The notes beneath the pieces are model-generated. The model searched no databases. It saw nothing but the letters and a program-made list of their open reading frames with translations, and was not told the origin of the DNA. Positions 28,375 to 38,389 of a DNA stretch of 64,000 nt are shown piece after piece. Position 1 is the first letter of the stretch. Each line of letters begins with the position of its first letter. The translations under genes and the position numbers were made by a program. Source of the stretch: Oscillospiraceae bacterium (GTDB lineage Bacteria > Bacillota > Clostridia > Oscillospirales > Ruminococcaceae); assembly GCA_051882595.1 (NCBI GenBank), contig JBJESD010000005.1:2369-66368 (forward strand), written 5' to 3'.

Positions 28375-29047
28375 TCTGACCTCCGATATTCTCATCAAAT
28401 GTAATGTTGCCGCCGTCAAGATTGATTATTCTTCCGCCGAAGTATTTTACAAGGTCGTGCTCGTGAGTTACCATTATGACCGTAGTACCACAGCGGTTTA
28501 TCTCCTTAAGCAGCTCAACTATCTCGTAGGACAGCTTTGGGTCGATATTTCCCGTGGGCTCGTCTGCGATGATAAGCCCCGGATCGTTTGCAAGAGCGCG
28601 CGCTATCGCAACACGCTGCTGCTCGCCGCCCGAAAGCTCCTTGGGACGGCTTTTAGCCTTGTGCGCAAGCTCGACTAGATTAAGCACATAAGGTACGCGC
28701 TGCTTTATCATCTTCATAGGCTGGTCTGCGATACGCAAAACAAAAGCCACATTTTCGTATACGTTAAGCTCGGGAATAAGACGGAAATCCTGAAATACCA
28801 TTCCTATCGAACGGCGGAATTTTGCTATCTTGTTGCCCTTGATCTTTGCAAGGTTGTAGCCGTTGACGAAAACTCTGCCGGTCGTTGGCACGACCTCTCT
28901 CATCATAAGCTTCATAAGCGTGGATTTTCCCGCGCCGCTTTCGCCTACGATAAAAACAAATTCGCCGTCGTTTATCCTGAGATTTATATTCTGAAGTGCG
29001 TCAACGCCGCTGGAATAGTGCACGCTGACGTTCTTGAACTCTACCAT
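28361..29047 (-). CDS. ftsE: Cell-division ABC transporter ATP-binding protein FtsE
   Basis: Walker [10 protein letters not shown], signature LSGGEQQR, Walker [10 protein letters not shown]. Confidence 0.95.
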   Translation of the reverse strand: MVEFKNVSVHYSSGVDALQNINLRINDGEFVFIVGESGAGKSTLMKLMMREVVPTTGRVFVNGYNLAKIKGNKIAKFRRSIGMVFQDFRLIPELNVYENVAFVLRIADQPMKMIKQRVPYVLNLVELAHKAKSRPKELSGGEQQRVAIARALANDPGLIIADEPTGNIDPKLSYEIVELLKEINRCGTTVIMVTHEHDLVKYFGGRIINLDGGNITFDENIGGQNEDE

Positions 29048-29258
29048 TTATAACTCCTGAAATAAAAATTCCCCTTGCCGGCTGCTGCCGGACGTCTTTC
29101 TCTGAAACAATGCCGCACTGCCGCCCTGCACAAGCCGCAAAGCGCCGAATATGCGCGGCACAGGCGTCATCCGCCGATTCTGCGCAGACGCCGCTGATAT
29201 ATTACATTTCAACGGCTGTCCCGAGTTGTTTCGGGGCAGCCGAGGTTTGTTGTAGCGA

Positions 29259-30344
29259 TCAGAACTTTGTCGGATTTGCCGCAAGATACTTCTTTACCAT
29301 AAGCGCGATCTTGAAGATGATAGCGTGGTCAAATTCGCGCAGATCCAGTCCCGTAAGCTTCTTTATCTTATCAAGGCGGTATACAAGCGTATTTCTGTGA
29401 ACAAACAGCTTTCTGGAGGTCTCCGAAACGTTAAGGCTGTTCTCGAAGAACTTCTGGATGGTGAACAGCGTTTCGTGGTCAAGCGACTCGATGGAGTTCT
29501 TCTTGAACACCTCTCTAAGGAAGGTCTCGCACAGCGTCGTGGGCAGGTGATAGATAAGCCTTGCAATACCGAGATTGTCGTAGCTTACAATGTTCTTGTC
29601 GGTGTCGAATACCTTTCCTACCTCGAGCGCGGTCTGCGCCTCCTTGAACGAGCGCGCAAGATCCTTTACTCCGACAACGGGAGTGCCGATGCCGACATTG
29701 ACCTTTGTGAAGAACTCGCTTGAAAGCGTATCGGAGATGGAGCGTGCCAGCTTTTCGAGGTCGCGCACATCAATGTTGTTCTTGACCTCCTTTACAAGCA
29801 CGATATCCGTTTCTGTGATGTTGAATACAAAGTCCTTGTTCTTGTCCGGGAAGAGATTCTGGATAACATCATATGCCGAAACATCGTTTGAGCTGATAAC
29901 GCTGATGAGGAATACAACTCTGCTGATATCCGCGTTGAAGTGCAGCTCGCGTGCCTTAAGGCTGATATCGCCGGGAAGCACGTTGTCCAGAATGATATTC
30001 TTGACAAAATTGTTTCTGTCATACTTTTCGTCATAGTACTGCTTTATGCCGGAAAGCGAGATGGCAATAACGCTTGCATACTTTGCAGCAGGCTCGTCCG
30101 TGCCCTCCACAAACACAGCATAGTCGGGCTTAACGTGAACGCCGAAGGGCTTGTATGTATAGCCGTCGCGGATAAACACCTCGTGGGAATCTCCAAGCTC
30201 AATAGGGAAGAAGTCGTTGCCGCCGCCTACTCTCGTAAGGTCGCTGCAAGCGATGATTGTGCCGTTTTCATCGATAACGCCGATAACCCTGTTCACAGCG
30301 TCTTTCATCTGGTGAACAATACCTTGGAACAATCTGTTGGACAT
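29259..30344 (-). CDS. PucR/CdaR-family transcriptional regulator (sugar-diacid-regulator-like)
   Basis: AAGAGG precedes the ATG at 30344. The N-terminus is a diacid-recognition-like domain. The C-terminal HTH reads SRKLFVHRNTLVYRLDKI. Confidence 0.8.
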   Translation of the reverse strand: MSNRLFQGIVHQMKDAVNRVIGVIDENGTIIACSDLTRVGGGNDFFPIELGDSHEVFIRDGYTYKPFGVHVKPDYAVFVEGTDEPAAKYASVIAISLSGIKQYYDEKYDRNNFVKNIILDNVLPGDISLKARELHFNADISRVVFLISVISSNDVSAYDVIQNLFPDKNKDFVFNITETDIVLVKEVKNNIDVRDLEKLARSISDTLSSEFFTKVNVGIGTPVVGVKDLARSFKEAQTALEVGKVFDTDKNIVSYDNLGIARLIYHLPTTLCETFLREVFKKNSIESLDHETLFTIQKFFENSLNVSETSRKLFVHRNTLVYRLDKIKKLTGLDLREFDHAIIFKIALMVKKYLAANPTKF

Positions 30345-30619
30345 TTGTTTATACCTCTTTCTTAAAATCGCGGAATGCTGCGCTATCCTCCCCAAGCCAT
30401 TGGACAGACCCCTCTGGGTCGGCAGGTCGGACGCAGACAGCCTCCTGTGTCTGTATGTAATTACGCAGCTTTGTGCATTCTTCACATTGGACTTTCCGAA
30501 AAAAGACATAGCTGACGCAAGGAGCACATACTCTTATTCTATATTGTACTAAAAAACTCAAAAAAAATCAAGTCTTTTTTATGTAATATGTAAAAGTTTC
30601 TTGTTTTTTTTTGCCGCAC

Positions 30620-30648
30620 TTGAAAAACACATCAAAAAGTAATATAAT
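30620..30648 (+). promoter_or_regulatory. sigma-A promoter of metG
   Basis: TTGAAA, a 17-nt spacer, then TATAAT. A 9-bp hairpin TTCGGCATA/TATGCCGAA lies in the short leader. Confidence 0.6.
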
Positions 30649-30728
30649 AAAATGGAATATATGTGTATCATTCGGCATATCGCTATGCCGAAATATTAAA
30701 AATCGTAGAAAACGAGGTAATTTATACT

Positions 30729-32672
30729 ATGGGTAATCACGAAGAAAAAAGGTTCTATATTACCACCCCGATATATTATCCGTCGGGACAGCCGCACATC
30801 GGTCACTGCTACACCACGGTAGCCTGCGATACCATCGCACGCTTCAAAAGAATGCAGGGCTATGACGTGATGTTCCTCACCGGCACGGACGAGCACGGAC
30901 AGAAAATCGAGCTTAAGGCAAAGGAGCAGGGCGTTACTCCCAAGGAGTACGTTGACCCGATAGTTGCCAACTTCAAGCGCCTGTGGGAGACAATGGGCAT
31001 AAGCTATGACAGATATATCCGCACCACCGACGACTATCATGTCAAGTCGGTGCAGAAAATATTCAAGAAGCTGTACGACAAGGGCTACATCTACAAGGGC
31101 GAATACTCCGGAAAGTACTGTACCCCCTGCGAGAGCTTCTGGACAGAAAGTCAGCTTAAGGACGGCAAGTGCCCCGACTGCGGCAGAGATGTTGTGGACG
31201 CGCACGAGGAGGCATACTTCCTGCGCCTTTCCGACTTCGCAGACAAGGTTGAGAAGTTCCTTACCGAAACCGACTACCTCCAGCCGAAAAGCCGCGTAAA
31301 CGAGATGGTAAACAACTTCATCAAGCCGGGACTTGAGGATCTGTGCGTTTCCAGAACCAGCTTCACATGGGGCGTCCCTGTGGACTTCGACCCCGGTCAT
31401 GTCGTTTATGTTTGGGTGGACGCGCTTTCCAACTATATCAGCGCGCTCGGCTACGAGAATGACGAGTACAGCGATTTCGACAAATACTGGCCTGCGGATA
31501 TGCATATGACCGCAAAGGAGATCGTCCGCTTCCACTCCATCGTATGGCCTATCATCCTTATGATGCTCGACCTGCCGCTTCCCAAGCGCCTTTACGGTCA
31601 CGGCTGGATAAACTTCAACGGACAGAAGATGTCCAAATCCCTCGGCAACGTTATCGACCCGTTTGTTCTCGCAGAGCGCTACGGCGTTGACGCAGTGCGT
31701 TATCAGATACTGCGCGATATGCCCTACGGCAGCGACTGCAACTTCTCCAACGAGATAATGATAGGCAGAATAAACACCGACCTTGCAAACGACCTGGGCA
31801 ACCTTGTTTCCCGTACAGTTGCAATGGCAGACAAGTATTTCGGCGGCACTCTTCCTGCGGACAGACAGGCAGACGCGCTTGACGATGAGCTTAAGGGAAT
31901 GGCTTCCTCGCTTCTGGGCAAGGTAGCTCCGCTTATCGAGGATGCGCAGCTTTCCAAGGCGCTTGAGGAGATATTCAAGGTGGTTTCCCGCGCCAACAAG
32001 TATATCGACGAGACCGCTCCGTGGATACTCGCAAAGGACGAGGCAAACAAGGCAAGGCTTGCAACAGTCCTCTACAACCTGCTTGAAACGGTCAGAATAT
32101 GCTCGGGTCTGCTGTTCCCGTTCATGCCGCAGACAATGCCAAAGGTATGGGAGCAGATAGGCGCCTGCGAAAAGTGCACCGCTTACGATACTCTCGGCAC
32201 ATTCGGCGGACTTTGCGATACCGTTACCGTTAAAAAGGGCGAGGTGCTGTTCCCGAGAATTGACATAGACAAGGAGATAGACGAGCTTAACTCCATGCTT
32301 AAGCCTGCAAAGACCTTCCGCGAGGACGAGGACCTTGACAAGGCGAATGTCATCACCATCGAGGACTTTGCAAACGTAAAGCTGCGCAGCGGCGAGATAA
32401 CCGCCTGCGAAAAGGTGAAGAAGTCCAAGAAGCTGCTTAAGCTCACCGTTGACGACGGCAGAAACGGCAGACAGATAGTATCCGGCATCGCTGAGTGGTA
32501 TAAGCCCGAGGAGCTTGTCGGAAAGAAGATCGTGTTCGTTGCGAACCTTGCTCCGGCAAAGCTGTGCGGCGAACTGAGCGAGGGTATGATACTCGCCTGC
32601 GACGCAGGAGAAAAGGACGTAAGGGTGCTGTTCCTTGACAAGGACGTTCCAAACGGCAGCACCATCCGCTGA
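30729..32672 (+). CDS. metG: Methionine--tRNA ligase with C-terminal tRNA-binding (EMAP/Trbp111-like) domain
   Basis: HIGH motif (PHIGH), KMSKS motif present, a Zn knuckle CTPC...CPDC, and a C-terminal OB domain. Confidence 0.97.
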   Translation: MGNHEEKRFYITTPIYYPSGQPHIGHCYTTVACDTIARFKRMQGYDVMFLTGTDEHGQKIELKAKEQGVTPKEYVDPIVANFKRLWETMGISYDRYIRTTDDYHVKSVQKIFKKLYDKGYIYKGEYSGKYCTPCESFWTESQLKDGKCPDCGRDVVDAHEEAYFLRLSDFADKVEKFLTETDYLQPKSRVNEMVNNFIKPGLEDLCVSRTSFTWGVPVDFDPGHVVYVWVDALSNYISALGYENDEYSDFDKYWPADMHMTAKEIVRFHSIVWPIILMMLDLPLPKRLYGHGWINFNGQKMSKSLGNVIDPFVLAERYGVDAVRYQILRDMPYGSDCNFSNEIMIGRINTDLANDLGNLVSRTVAMADKYFGGTLPADRQADALDDELKGMASSLLGKVAPLIEDAQLSKALEEIFKVVSRANKYIDETAPWILAKDEANKARLATVLYNLLETVRICSGLLFPFMPQTMPKVWEQIGACEKCTAYDTLGTFGGLCDTVTVKKGEVLFPRIDIDKEIDELNSMLKPAKTFREDEDLDKANVITIEDFANVKLRSGEITACEKVKKSKKLLKLTVDDGRNGRQIVSGIAEWYKPEELVGKKIVFVANLAPAKLCGELSEGMILACDAGEKDVRVLFLDKDVPNGSTIR

Positions 32673-32735
32673 TAAGCAAATAAGCCCCGATGCCCTGCGC
32701 ATCGGCACTATCGACAACAAGGGGGGCAAGACAGT

Positions 32736-33380
32736 ATGGATATCTCAAGAATGGCGAACATCGCCTCGGTCAACCAGACTACGCTGACGAAATCCTCGGA
32801 GCACAGGACCATGACAAAGGACTCCACGCTTGCCTCCGAGCATACGGACAGTTTTATCAAGTCGCAGCAGGCATACACTCCTGCCTACACCAGAAGCTCC
32901 GCAAAAAAGCAGAACAGCGACAACAATCTGCTCCAGCGCGAAAACTCCGAGGATAAGGTGGGCGCAATAAAACAGGGCGAGGGCAAAACCAAAGCAGAGC
33001 TTGTGACAGAGGGCGTACAGCATATCATCCGCGCCATTTTTGTAAAGCAGGGCGAGGTGCTGTCAGGCAATGTGCCCAGCGTTGGTGCAAAGCTGTATGC
33101 CGAGGAGCTGCTTACTCAGCTTCGGCAGCTGTACGGCAGCAATTCCGCACAGGAGAACTCTCCCGAATACTGGGCGGCAGAGCCGACCGCAGAAAGACTG
33201 ATGCTGTTTTTCGAGTGCGTTTCAATAGAGGATGACAAGTCCGCCATGATTGAGCGCTCGTTTAACGGCGCATTCAACGAAACAGAAGCGCTTTTCGGCG
33301 GCAGGGGCAGACTTCCTCTGGAAAGCTACGAAACACGCGAGATAATACGGCAGCAATACTTCAACGCAAAGGCTTTGTAA
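32736..33380 (+). CDS. Hypothetical protein
   Basis: GGGGGG RBS. The N-terminal half is low-complexity and the C-terminus is helical (SPEYWAAEPTAERL). The family was not confidently recognised. Confidence 0.55.
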   Translation: MDISRMANIASVNQTTLTKSSEHRTMTKDSTLASEHTDSFIKSQQAYTPAYTRSSAKKQNSDNNLLQRENSEDKVGAIKQGEGKTKAELVTEGVQHIIRAIFVKQGEVLSGNVPSVGAKLYAEELLTQLRQLYGSNSAQENSPEYWAAEPTAERLMLFFECVSIEDDKSAMIERSFNGAFNETEALFGGRGRLPLESYETREIIRQQYFNAKAL

Positions 33381-33384
33381 TACT

Positions 33385-34143
33385 ATGGGACTTATTGATA
33401 CACATTCGCACTACCTGCGCGAGGATTTCGGAGATGAGCTGTATCCGCTTATAGACAGTATGCCGTCATTCGGTGTAGAAAAGCTTATCGCCGTCGGATA
33501 CGACCTTAATTCAAGCGAAGAGGAGATCGCGCTTGCTCACAGGTACAGCTACGTTTTCGCCGCCGCAGGCATCCATCCCGAAAACTGCTATGACCTGCCG
33601 GAAAACTGGCTTAACAGGATAGAACAGCTTGTCTCGGACGAAAAGGTCTGTGCCCTCGGCGAGATAGGTCTTGATTACCACTATGATAACACCGACAAGG
33701 TCTTGCAGGCTGAGGTGTTTATAAAGCAGCTCATGCTTGCGCAAAAGCTCGGAAAACCCGTAATAATCCACTCGCGCGACGCGTGCGAGGACACCATGAA
33801 AATATTGAGAGAACACAAGCCCAACGGCGTGCTGCACTGCTTTTCCGGCAGCGCCGAAACCGCCGCAGAGGTAGTAAAGCTCGGTATGTATGTAGGCTTC
33901 ACCGGAGTGCTTACGTTCAAAAACGCCAAAAAAGCGCTGGCCGCGTGCGAGGCTGTGCCGCTTGACAGGCTTCTGCTGGAAACGGACTGCCCGTACATGG
34001 CGCCCGTGCCGCACAGAGGCAAGCGCTGTGACAGCACCATGCTGCGCTTTACCGCAGAAAAAATGGCTGAGATAAAAGGCGTTTCTACCGAGGAAATGAT
34101 AGATATAGCCAAACAGAACGCGCAAAGACTGTTTGGCATCTGA
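33385..34143 (+). CDS. tatD: TatD-family metal-dependent hydrolase
   Basis: The start is IDTHSH. The GEIGLDYH, IHSRDA, HCFSG and ETDCPY motifs are present. Confidence 0.93.
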   Translation: MGLIDTHSHYLREDFGDELYPLIDSMPSFGVEKLIAVGYDLNSSEEEIALAHRYSYVFAAAGIHPENCYDLPENWLNRIEQLVSDEKVCALGEIGLDYHYDNTDKVLQAEVFIKQLMLAQKLGKPVIIHSRDACEDTMKILREHKPNGVLHCFSGSAETAAEVVKLGMYVGFTGVLTFKNAKKALAACEAVPLDRLLLETDCPYMAPVPHRGKRCDSTMLRFTAEKMAEIKGVSTEEMIDIAKQNAQRLFGI

Positions 34144-34181
34144 GCCGATATAGCCGTATCGAATAACAATAAGGAGTAAAT

Positions 34182-35156
34182 ATGGACGCAGACAGTCGAA
34201 GTACAAACACAACAGAAAATGCAGACAGACCCAAACGCCGCAAGCTGCGCAGATTTATGCTGGGCTGGCTTATTGCGCTTAACAACGGCGTAACCAAGTT
34301 CTTAAAATGGGCACTGGGCAATGATTACCGCGATTTCACCGAGGACGAGGTGCTTGATATGGTGGACGCCTTGTCGAAAACTCCCGGAGATGACGGCGAC
34401 GACAGCGTTATCGAGGAAACCTCGGCTCAGATGATAAACAATATCTTCGAGTTCAACGACCTCACCGCCGCAGATGTAATGACCCACCGCACCTCTATTA
34501 TCGGCGTGGAAAAGGGCGTTTCGCTGGACGATATCATCTATATTGCGCTTGACAGGGGCTTTTCCAGACTGCCCGTCTATGACGGAAGCATCGACAGGAT
34601 AATCGGCATCATCATCGTAAAGGATCTGCTGTGTCTTGTCGGAGAAAAGGATCTCAGCTCGTTTGATATCAACGATTTTCTGCGAGATGTTATATTTATT
34701 CCCGAGGCGTGCCCGTGTTCGGATACGTTCCAGTCGCTGACCTCGCTCAAGTCCGGCATGGCGGTGGTGGTGGATGAGTACGGCGGAACCGCAGGCATCG
34801 TCACCCTAGAGGATATCATCGAGGCGGTAATGGGCAATATTCAGGACGAGTACGACGACGAAAAAAGCGAGATAGTGAAGATAGGCGACGACCAGTATGA
34901 TGTCACCGGCGAGGCGGACCCGGAGGATGTTCTGGCGCTGTTTGACGCACATCTCCCCGAGGAGCACGAGTACCGCACGATTGCAGGCTTTATCACGGAT
35001 AAGCTCGGTTATATCCCCGAGGGCGACGAGATAGTACCGCCCTATGTCGATTACGAGGGAGTTCACCTCGTTGCACTGCAAATCGAGGACAGGTGCATAG
35101 TCAAGGTGAGAGCGTCAAGGACAGAGCCCTGCGCGGAAAACGAGAATATGGAATAA
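34182..35156 (+). CDS. CBS-pair + CorC/HlyC C-terminal domain protein (CorC-like, no full DUF21 membrane domain)
   Basis: AAGGAG RBS. It has tandem CBS motifs and a CorC_HlyC-type C-terminus (IAGFITDKLGYIPEGDE). Confidence 0.85.
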   Translation: MDADSRSTNTTENADRPKRRKLRRFMLGWLIALNNGVTKFLKWALGNDYRDFTEDEVLDMVDALSKTPGDDGDDSVIEETSAQMINNIFEFNDLTAADVMTHRTSIIGVEKGVSLDDIIYIALDRGFSRLPVYDGSIDRIIGIIIVKDLLCLVGEKDLSSFDINDFLRDVIFIPEACPCSDTFQSLTSLKSGMAVVVDEYGGTAGIVTLEDIIEAVMGNIQDEYDDEKSEIVKIGDDQYDVTGEADPEDVLALFDAHLPEEHEYRTIAGFITDKLGYIPEGDEIVPPYVDYEGVHLVALQIEDRCIVKVRASRTEPCAENENME

Positions 35157-35187
35157 TTAATAAAGCCGTTCCCATACAGGAACGGCT

Positions 35188-35315
35188 CAGACTGTCGATA
35201 AACCGCCATCTGCGGCGTCAACCACATAACGGCAGGCACAAAGCCTAGCCGTTATGCGGTTTCCTAGCATATGACGGCTTCTCGCCAGCCTGATAATTTA
35301 CTTTTTCGACAAGCT
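35188..35315 (+). mobile_element. 128-bp TIR element, copy C, flanked by a 25-bp duplicated terminator hairpin
   Basis: CAGACTGTCGATAAACC...CTTTTTCGACAAGCT. The flanks are AAGCCGTTCCCATACAGGAACGGCT (35163-35187) and AAGCCGTTCCCACACAGGAACGGCT (35316-35340), followed by TTTGTTT. Confidence 0.85.
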
Positions 35316-35439
35316 AAGCCGTTCCCACACAGGAACGGCTTTTGTTTCGCTATCGAAGATTGACTTTTATTGTCCGCGCTGATATAATATTTATGTGGGC
35401 TTGTAATACATTGCCCGTCATTATTGCGGAGGTACAGAT

Positions 35440-35835
35440 ATGACAGACAGAGAACTGATCATGAATGCAGGAATACAAAAAAAGTCGTTCGAGCTGTTCT
35501 ATAACGGCGGCTCTATCTGGTGCGAGCACCTCGACGCAATGGGGTGCTGTGCTGACGAGGTAAAAGACAAATTCCTCAACGACTATAAAACATTCAGCAA
35601 GCCATCCATGACATCATTTATGATAATCAATCTTGATAATACAGAGCTTTTTGACGATGTAATATCATGCATTACAGATACAATAATCCACTCTGCAAAA
35701 AGGTATGTAAAAATTGCCTTTGTCGGAATAAAGAAATCAAAGCGCTCTGCATTCCGTACAATTCAGCGGCTGAAAGGCTGTGCAGTGAATTTTTTCGATG
35801 ACTACGAAAAAGCAAAGCAATGGATTTTGCCGTAA
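35440..35835 (+). CDS. Hypothetical small protein
   Basis: GGAGG RBS, 131 aa, coding-like composition. No motif recognised. Confidence 0.55.
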   Translation: MTDRELIMNAGIQKKSFELFYNGGSIWCEHLDAMGCCADEVKDKFLNDYKTFSKPSMTSFMIINLDNTELFDDVISCITDTIIHSAKRYVKIAFVGIKKSKRSAFRTIQRLKGCAVNFFDDYEKAKQWILP

Positions 35836-35867
35836 AATCCTATCTTATCCGATAAAGGAGGAACGTT

Positions 35868-36503
35868 ATGCGACGTGACAGAAAAAAAGCAAGCGCCGAG
35901 ATAATCCGGCTTCTTGCACTGGAATATCCCGACGTAAAGTGCGCACTTATATATACACAGCCGCATGAGCTTCTGATAGCAACGCGGCTTTCCGCCCAAT
36001 GCACCGATAAGCGTGTGAATATGGTTACCCCGGAACTGTTCCGCCGTTTCAACAGCATAGAGGCTTTCGCACAGGCGGATGTCGCCGAGGTAGAGGAGCT
36101 TATCCGAACCTGCGGACTGTTCAAGACAAAGGCGCAGGATATCGTGTCGATGTGCGTAATGCTGCGCGACATCTACGGCAGCAGAGTGCCCGACAGCATA
36201 GAGGAGCTTACAAAGCTTCCCGGTGTGGGCAGAAAAACGGCAAACCTTATCGTCGGCGACCTGTACGGTCAGCCTGCCTATGTGTGCGACACTCATGTTA
36301 TACGCCTCACAAACAGGCTCGGTCTGTCCGACACAAAGGACGCAGGAAAGGTCGAAAAACAGCTTCGCGAGGTAATTCCGCCGGAAGAAAGCCTTAAATT
36401 CTGTCACAGGCTTGTTCACCACGGCAGAGGGGTATGCAGCGCACAGTCCCCAAAATGCGCGGACTGCGTGCTTAAGGACATTTGCAGGTATAAGCACAAC
36501 TGA
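35868..36503 (+). CDS. nth: Endonuclease III
   Basis: HhH-GPD motif LPGVGRKTANLIV...D. The C-terminus has a 4Fe-4S cluster ligand pattern, C-x6-C-x2-C-x5-C. Confidence 0.95.
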   Translation: MRRDRKKASAEIIRLLALEYPDVKCALIYTQPHELLIATRLSAQCTDKRVNMVTPELFRRFNSIEAFAQADVAEVEELIRTCGLFKTKAQDIVSMCVMLRDIYGSRVPDSIEELTKLPGVGRKTANLIVGDLYGQPAYVCDTHVIRLTNRLGLSDTKDAGKVEKQLREVIPPEESLKFCHRLVHHGRGVCSAQSPKCADCVLKDICRYKHN

Positions 36504-36533
36504 CAGCGCCATACAGCGTTTGCGACGGAAAAG

Positions 36534-38360
36534 CTATTCAGCCATGCAGTCCAGTATCAGCGATATCTCTTCCATATAGTCCGGTATGACCTCGCCGTTT
36601 TCTATAAGGCAGTCGCCGATGTGCTCCAGCGCGGCAGAATTAAGCTCCTCGTAAGCCGTTTCGGGGAGAACTCCGCGCTCGCGGCAAAGGCTTTCCGCAC
36701 TGCCGTGCATAAGCGCATTAAGCAGCTCCAGCTGCGGCACATCAAGCGACCGGGCAAGTTGCCGCCAGCCCTCGGGCAGCCCGGAAAAATCATAGCCCGA
36801 TCCGACCTGTGCACAGGCGTTTTCGGTCTGCTCGTCAAACACCTCGTCAACTATCCTTGCGGTTATCTGCTCTATCTCCTCGGTGGGGATGGAGTCCTCG
36901 TATTCCTCGATTATAAGCTTTCTTGCGGTCTGCTCCGCTTCTTCGCGTATCGCCGCAAGGCTTTCTACATTGATCTCAATTTTCGGCGGAGTCTGCGGCG
37001 CAGCCTGCCTTATATCATCTGCGGCAAAATGGTTGCCGCTTTTCTTTTTGCTCTCCTTTTTCGGCGGCATTATGCCGTGGCGGTCGCACCATTCGTTTAC
37101 AGCGTCCGGGATAATGCAGGAAAACGCCTCTTCGCTTGCCGCCTTGTGCAGCTTGCTTCGGTTGGTGAAGTCATCCAGCACAGGCGAAAGATTTGCCGAA
37201 ATGCTGTATCGGAAGCCCATCCGCTTTCTCAGCACCGCCTCTGTGGATTTCAGGATATACCCGATAAGACTGCGGTACGGCGCACACTCAAATCTTTCAA
37301 GGCACGGCTCTCCGCGCTTGGTGCAGTACTGCCCGTATGAGTTGATACGGCAGGCATGAAATCCGTCCATTCTGTCAAGGTCAACAAACGCTCCGCAGAA
37401 CGGCGTCCAGAAATGGTCCTTTCTCGGCTTGCCGCAGATAAGCTCAAACAGCGATATTCCGCGCTCCTTGAAATACTCGTTCATCGAGCGAAGCACATCG
37501 CTAAGCACAGCCTCGAATACAGGCGCGGTTTCCTCGGAGAAGAATATGCTGCCCTTGAGATTATAGGACGAGCAGCCCATAAGATACTCCAGCTTGTTTT
37601 CGTAGTTGCCTGCTTCAAGCTCGCAGATGTCCTTGCCGCAGCTTTCATCCTGCACGGGGAACGCTGCCGCGATATCCGTAAACTCGCCCTCTATCTCGTT
37701 GAACGCGTAAAAATCGCCGAGCCACTGCGGCATGGTTTCGTCAAGCGACGGGCAGAAGCTGCGGCAGTTTTCCCACACGGCGATAAGACGGTCAAACGCG
37801 TCCTGCGACGACAGTACCCCTATTTTGTTCAGCAGCTCGTAGCAATACAGCGTGATGTACGCCTTGTCGGTACGGGCAAACACTCCGCGCCGCACGTCCG
37901 TCCTCCATGTAAAATAGGTGCGCAGCTGCTCGAACGAGAGAGCGCCGTAAACAGGTCTTTCAATGCCGCAGTAAACGCTTCGGTTGAAATCGTCAGCAAC
38001 ATCGCACATATATTCGCCCTGCTTAACGATGCTTACCTCTGCGCACTGCCGGATTGTGAAGCCGCGATAAAGCGTCTGACCCAGCTTTCGCATCTCGCGT
38101 ATCCTATCGGCAATTGGGGCAGTTTCGTCCGGCAGCTCGGGAGCATAAGCAAGCTCCGTTGCTTCGGGCGCAGCGCTGCTGTGACGGGGCGCGTCATAGC
38201 GTATATTGTCACGGGGCGGTATTTTTTCGCCGCGGCTCTCGGCGTCTGCGTTTTCCGTGATATTTTCTATCTTTACGCGGATAATTCTCTGAATTTCTTC
38301 TTGTATTTCTTTTTTCGTCTTCGCTTTGCTGCTTATCAGCAGCTTGAAAAAATCTGACAT
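36534..38360 (-). CDS. TerB-N / TerB-C domain protein
   Basis: GGAGG RBS. The TerB-N-like signature is YGALSFEQLRTYFTWRTDVRRG. After an acidic linker, the TerB-C-like tail reads INVESLAAIREEAEQT...LDVPQLELLNAL...GVLPETAYEELNSAALEHIGDCLIE. Confidence 0.7.
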   Translation of the reverse strand: MSDFFKLLISSKAKTKKEIQEEIQRIIRVKIENITENADAESRGEKIPPRDNIRYDAPRHSSAAPEATELAYAPELPDETAPIADRIREMRKLGQTLYRGFTIRQCAEVSIVKQGEYMCDVADDFNRSVYCGIERPVYGALSFEQLRTYFTWRTDVRRGVFARTDKAYITLYCYELLNKIGVLSSQDAFDRLIAVWENCRSFCPSLDETMPQWLGDFYAFNEIEGEFTDIAAAFPVQDESCGKDICELEAGNYENKLEYLMGCSSYNLKGSIFFSEETAPVFEAVLSDVLRSMNEYFKERGISLFELICGKPRKDHFWTPFCGAFVDLDRMDGFHACRINSYGQYCTKRGEPCLERFECAPYRSLIGYILKSTEAVLRKRMGFRYSISANLSPVLDDFTNRSKLHKAASEEAFSCIIPDAVNEWCDRHGIMPPKKESKKKSGNHFAADDIRQAAPQTPPKIEINVESLAAIREEAEQTARKLIIEEYEDSIPTEEIEQITARIVDEVFDEQTENACAQVGSGYDFSGLPEGWRQLARSLDVPQLELLNALMHGSAESLCRERGVLPETAYEELNSAALEHIGDCLIENGEVIPDYMEEISLILDCMAE

Positions 38361-38389
38361 CTGTTCACCTCCGCAGGTGACGAAACGGA

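Noticed and set aside
30649-30728. T-box or S-box control of metG
   Set aside because: The leader is only about 80 nt with a single 9-bp hairpin. That is too short for either riboswitch class, and no conserved box sequences are present.
34182-35156. CBS/CorC protein as a truncated pseudogene of a DUF21-CBS-CorC transporter
   Set aside because: The frame is intact and the RBS is good. Stand-alone CorC-type proteins without the DUF21 membrane domain are a normal family, and no upstream DUF21 remnant is seen.
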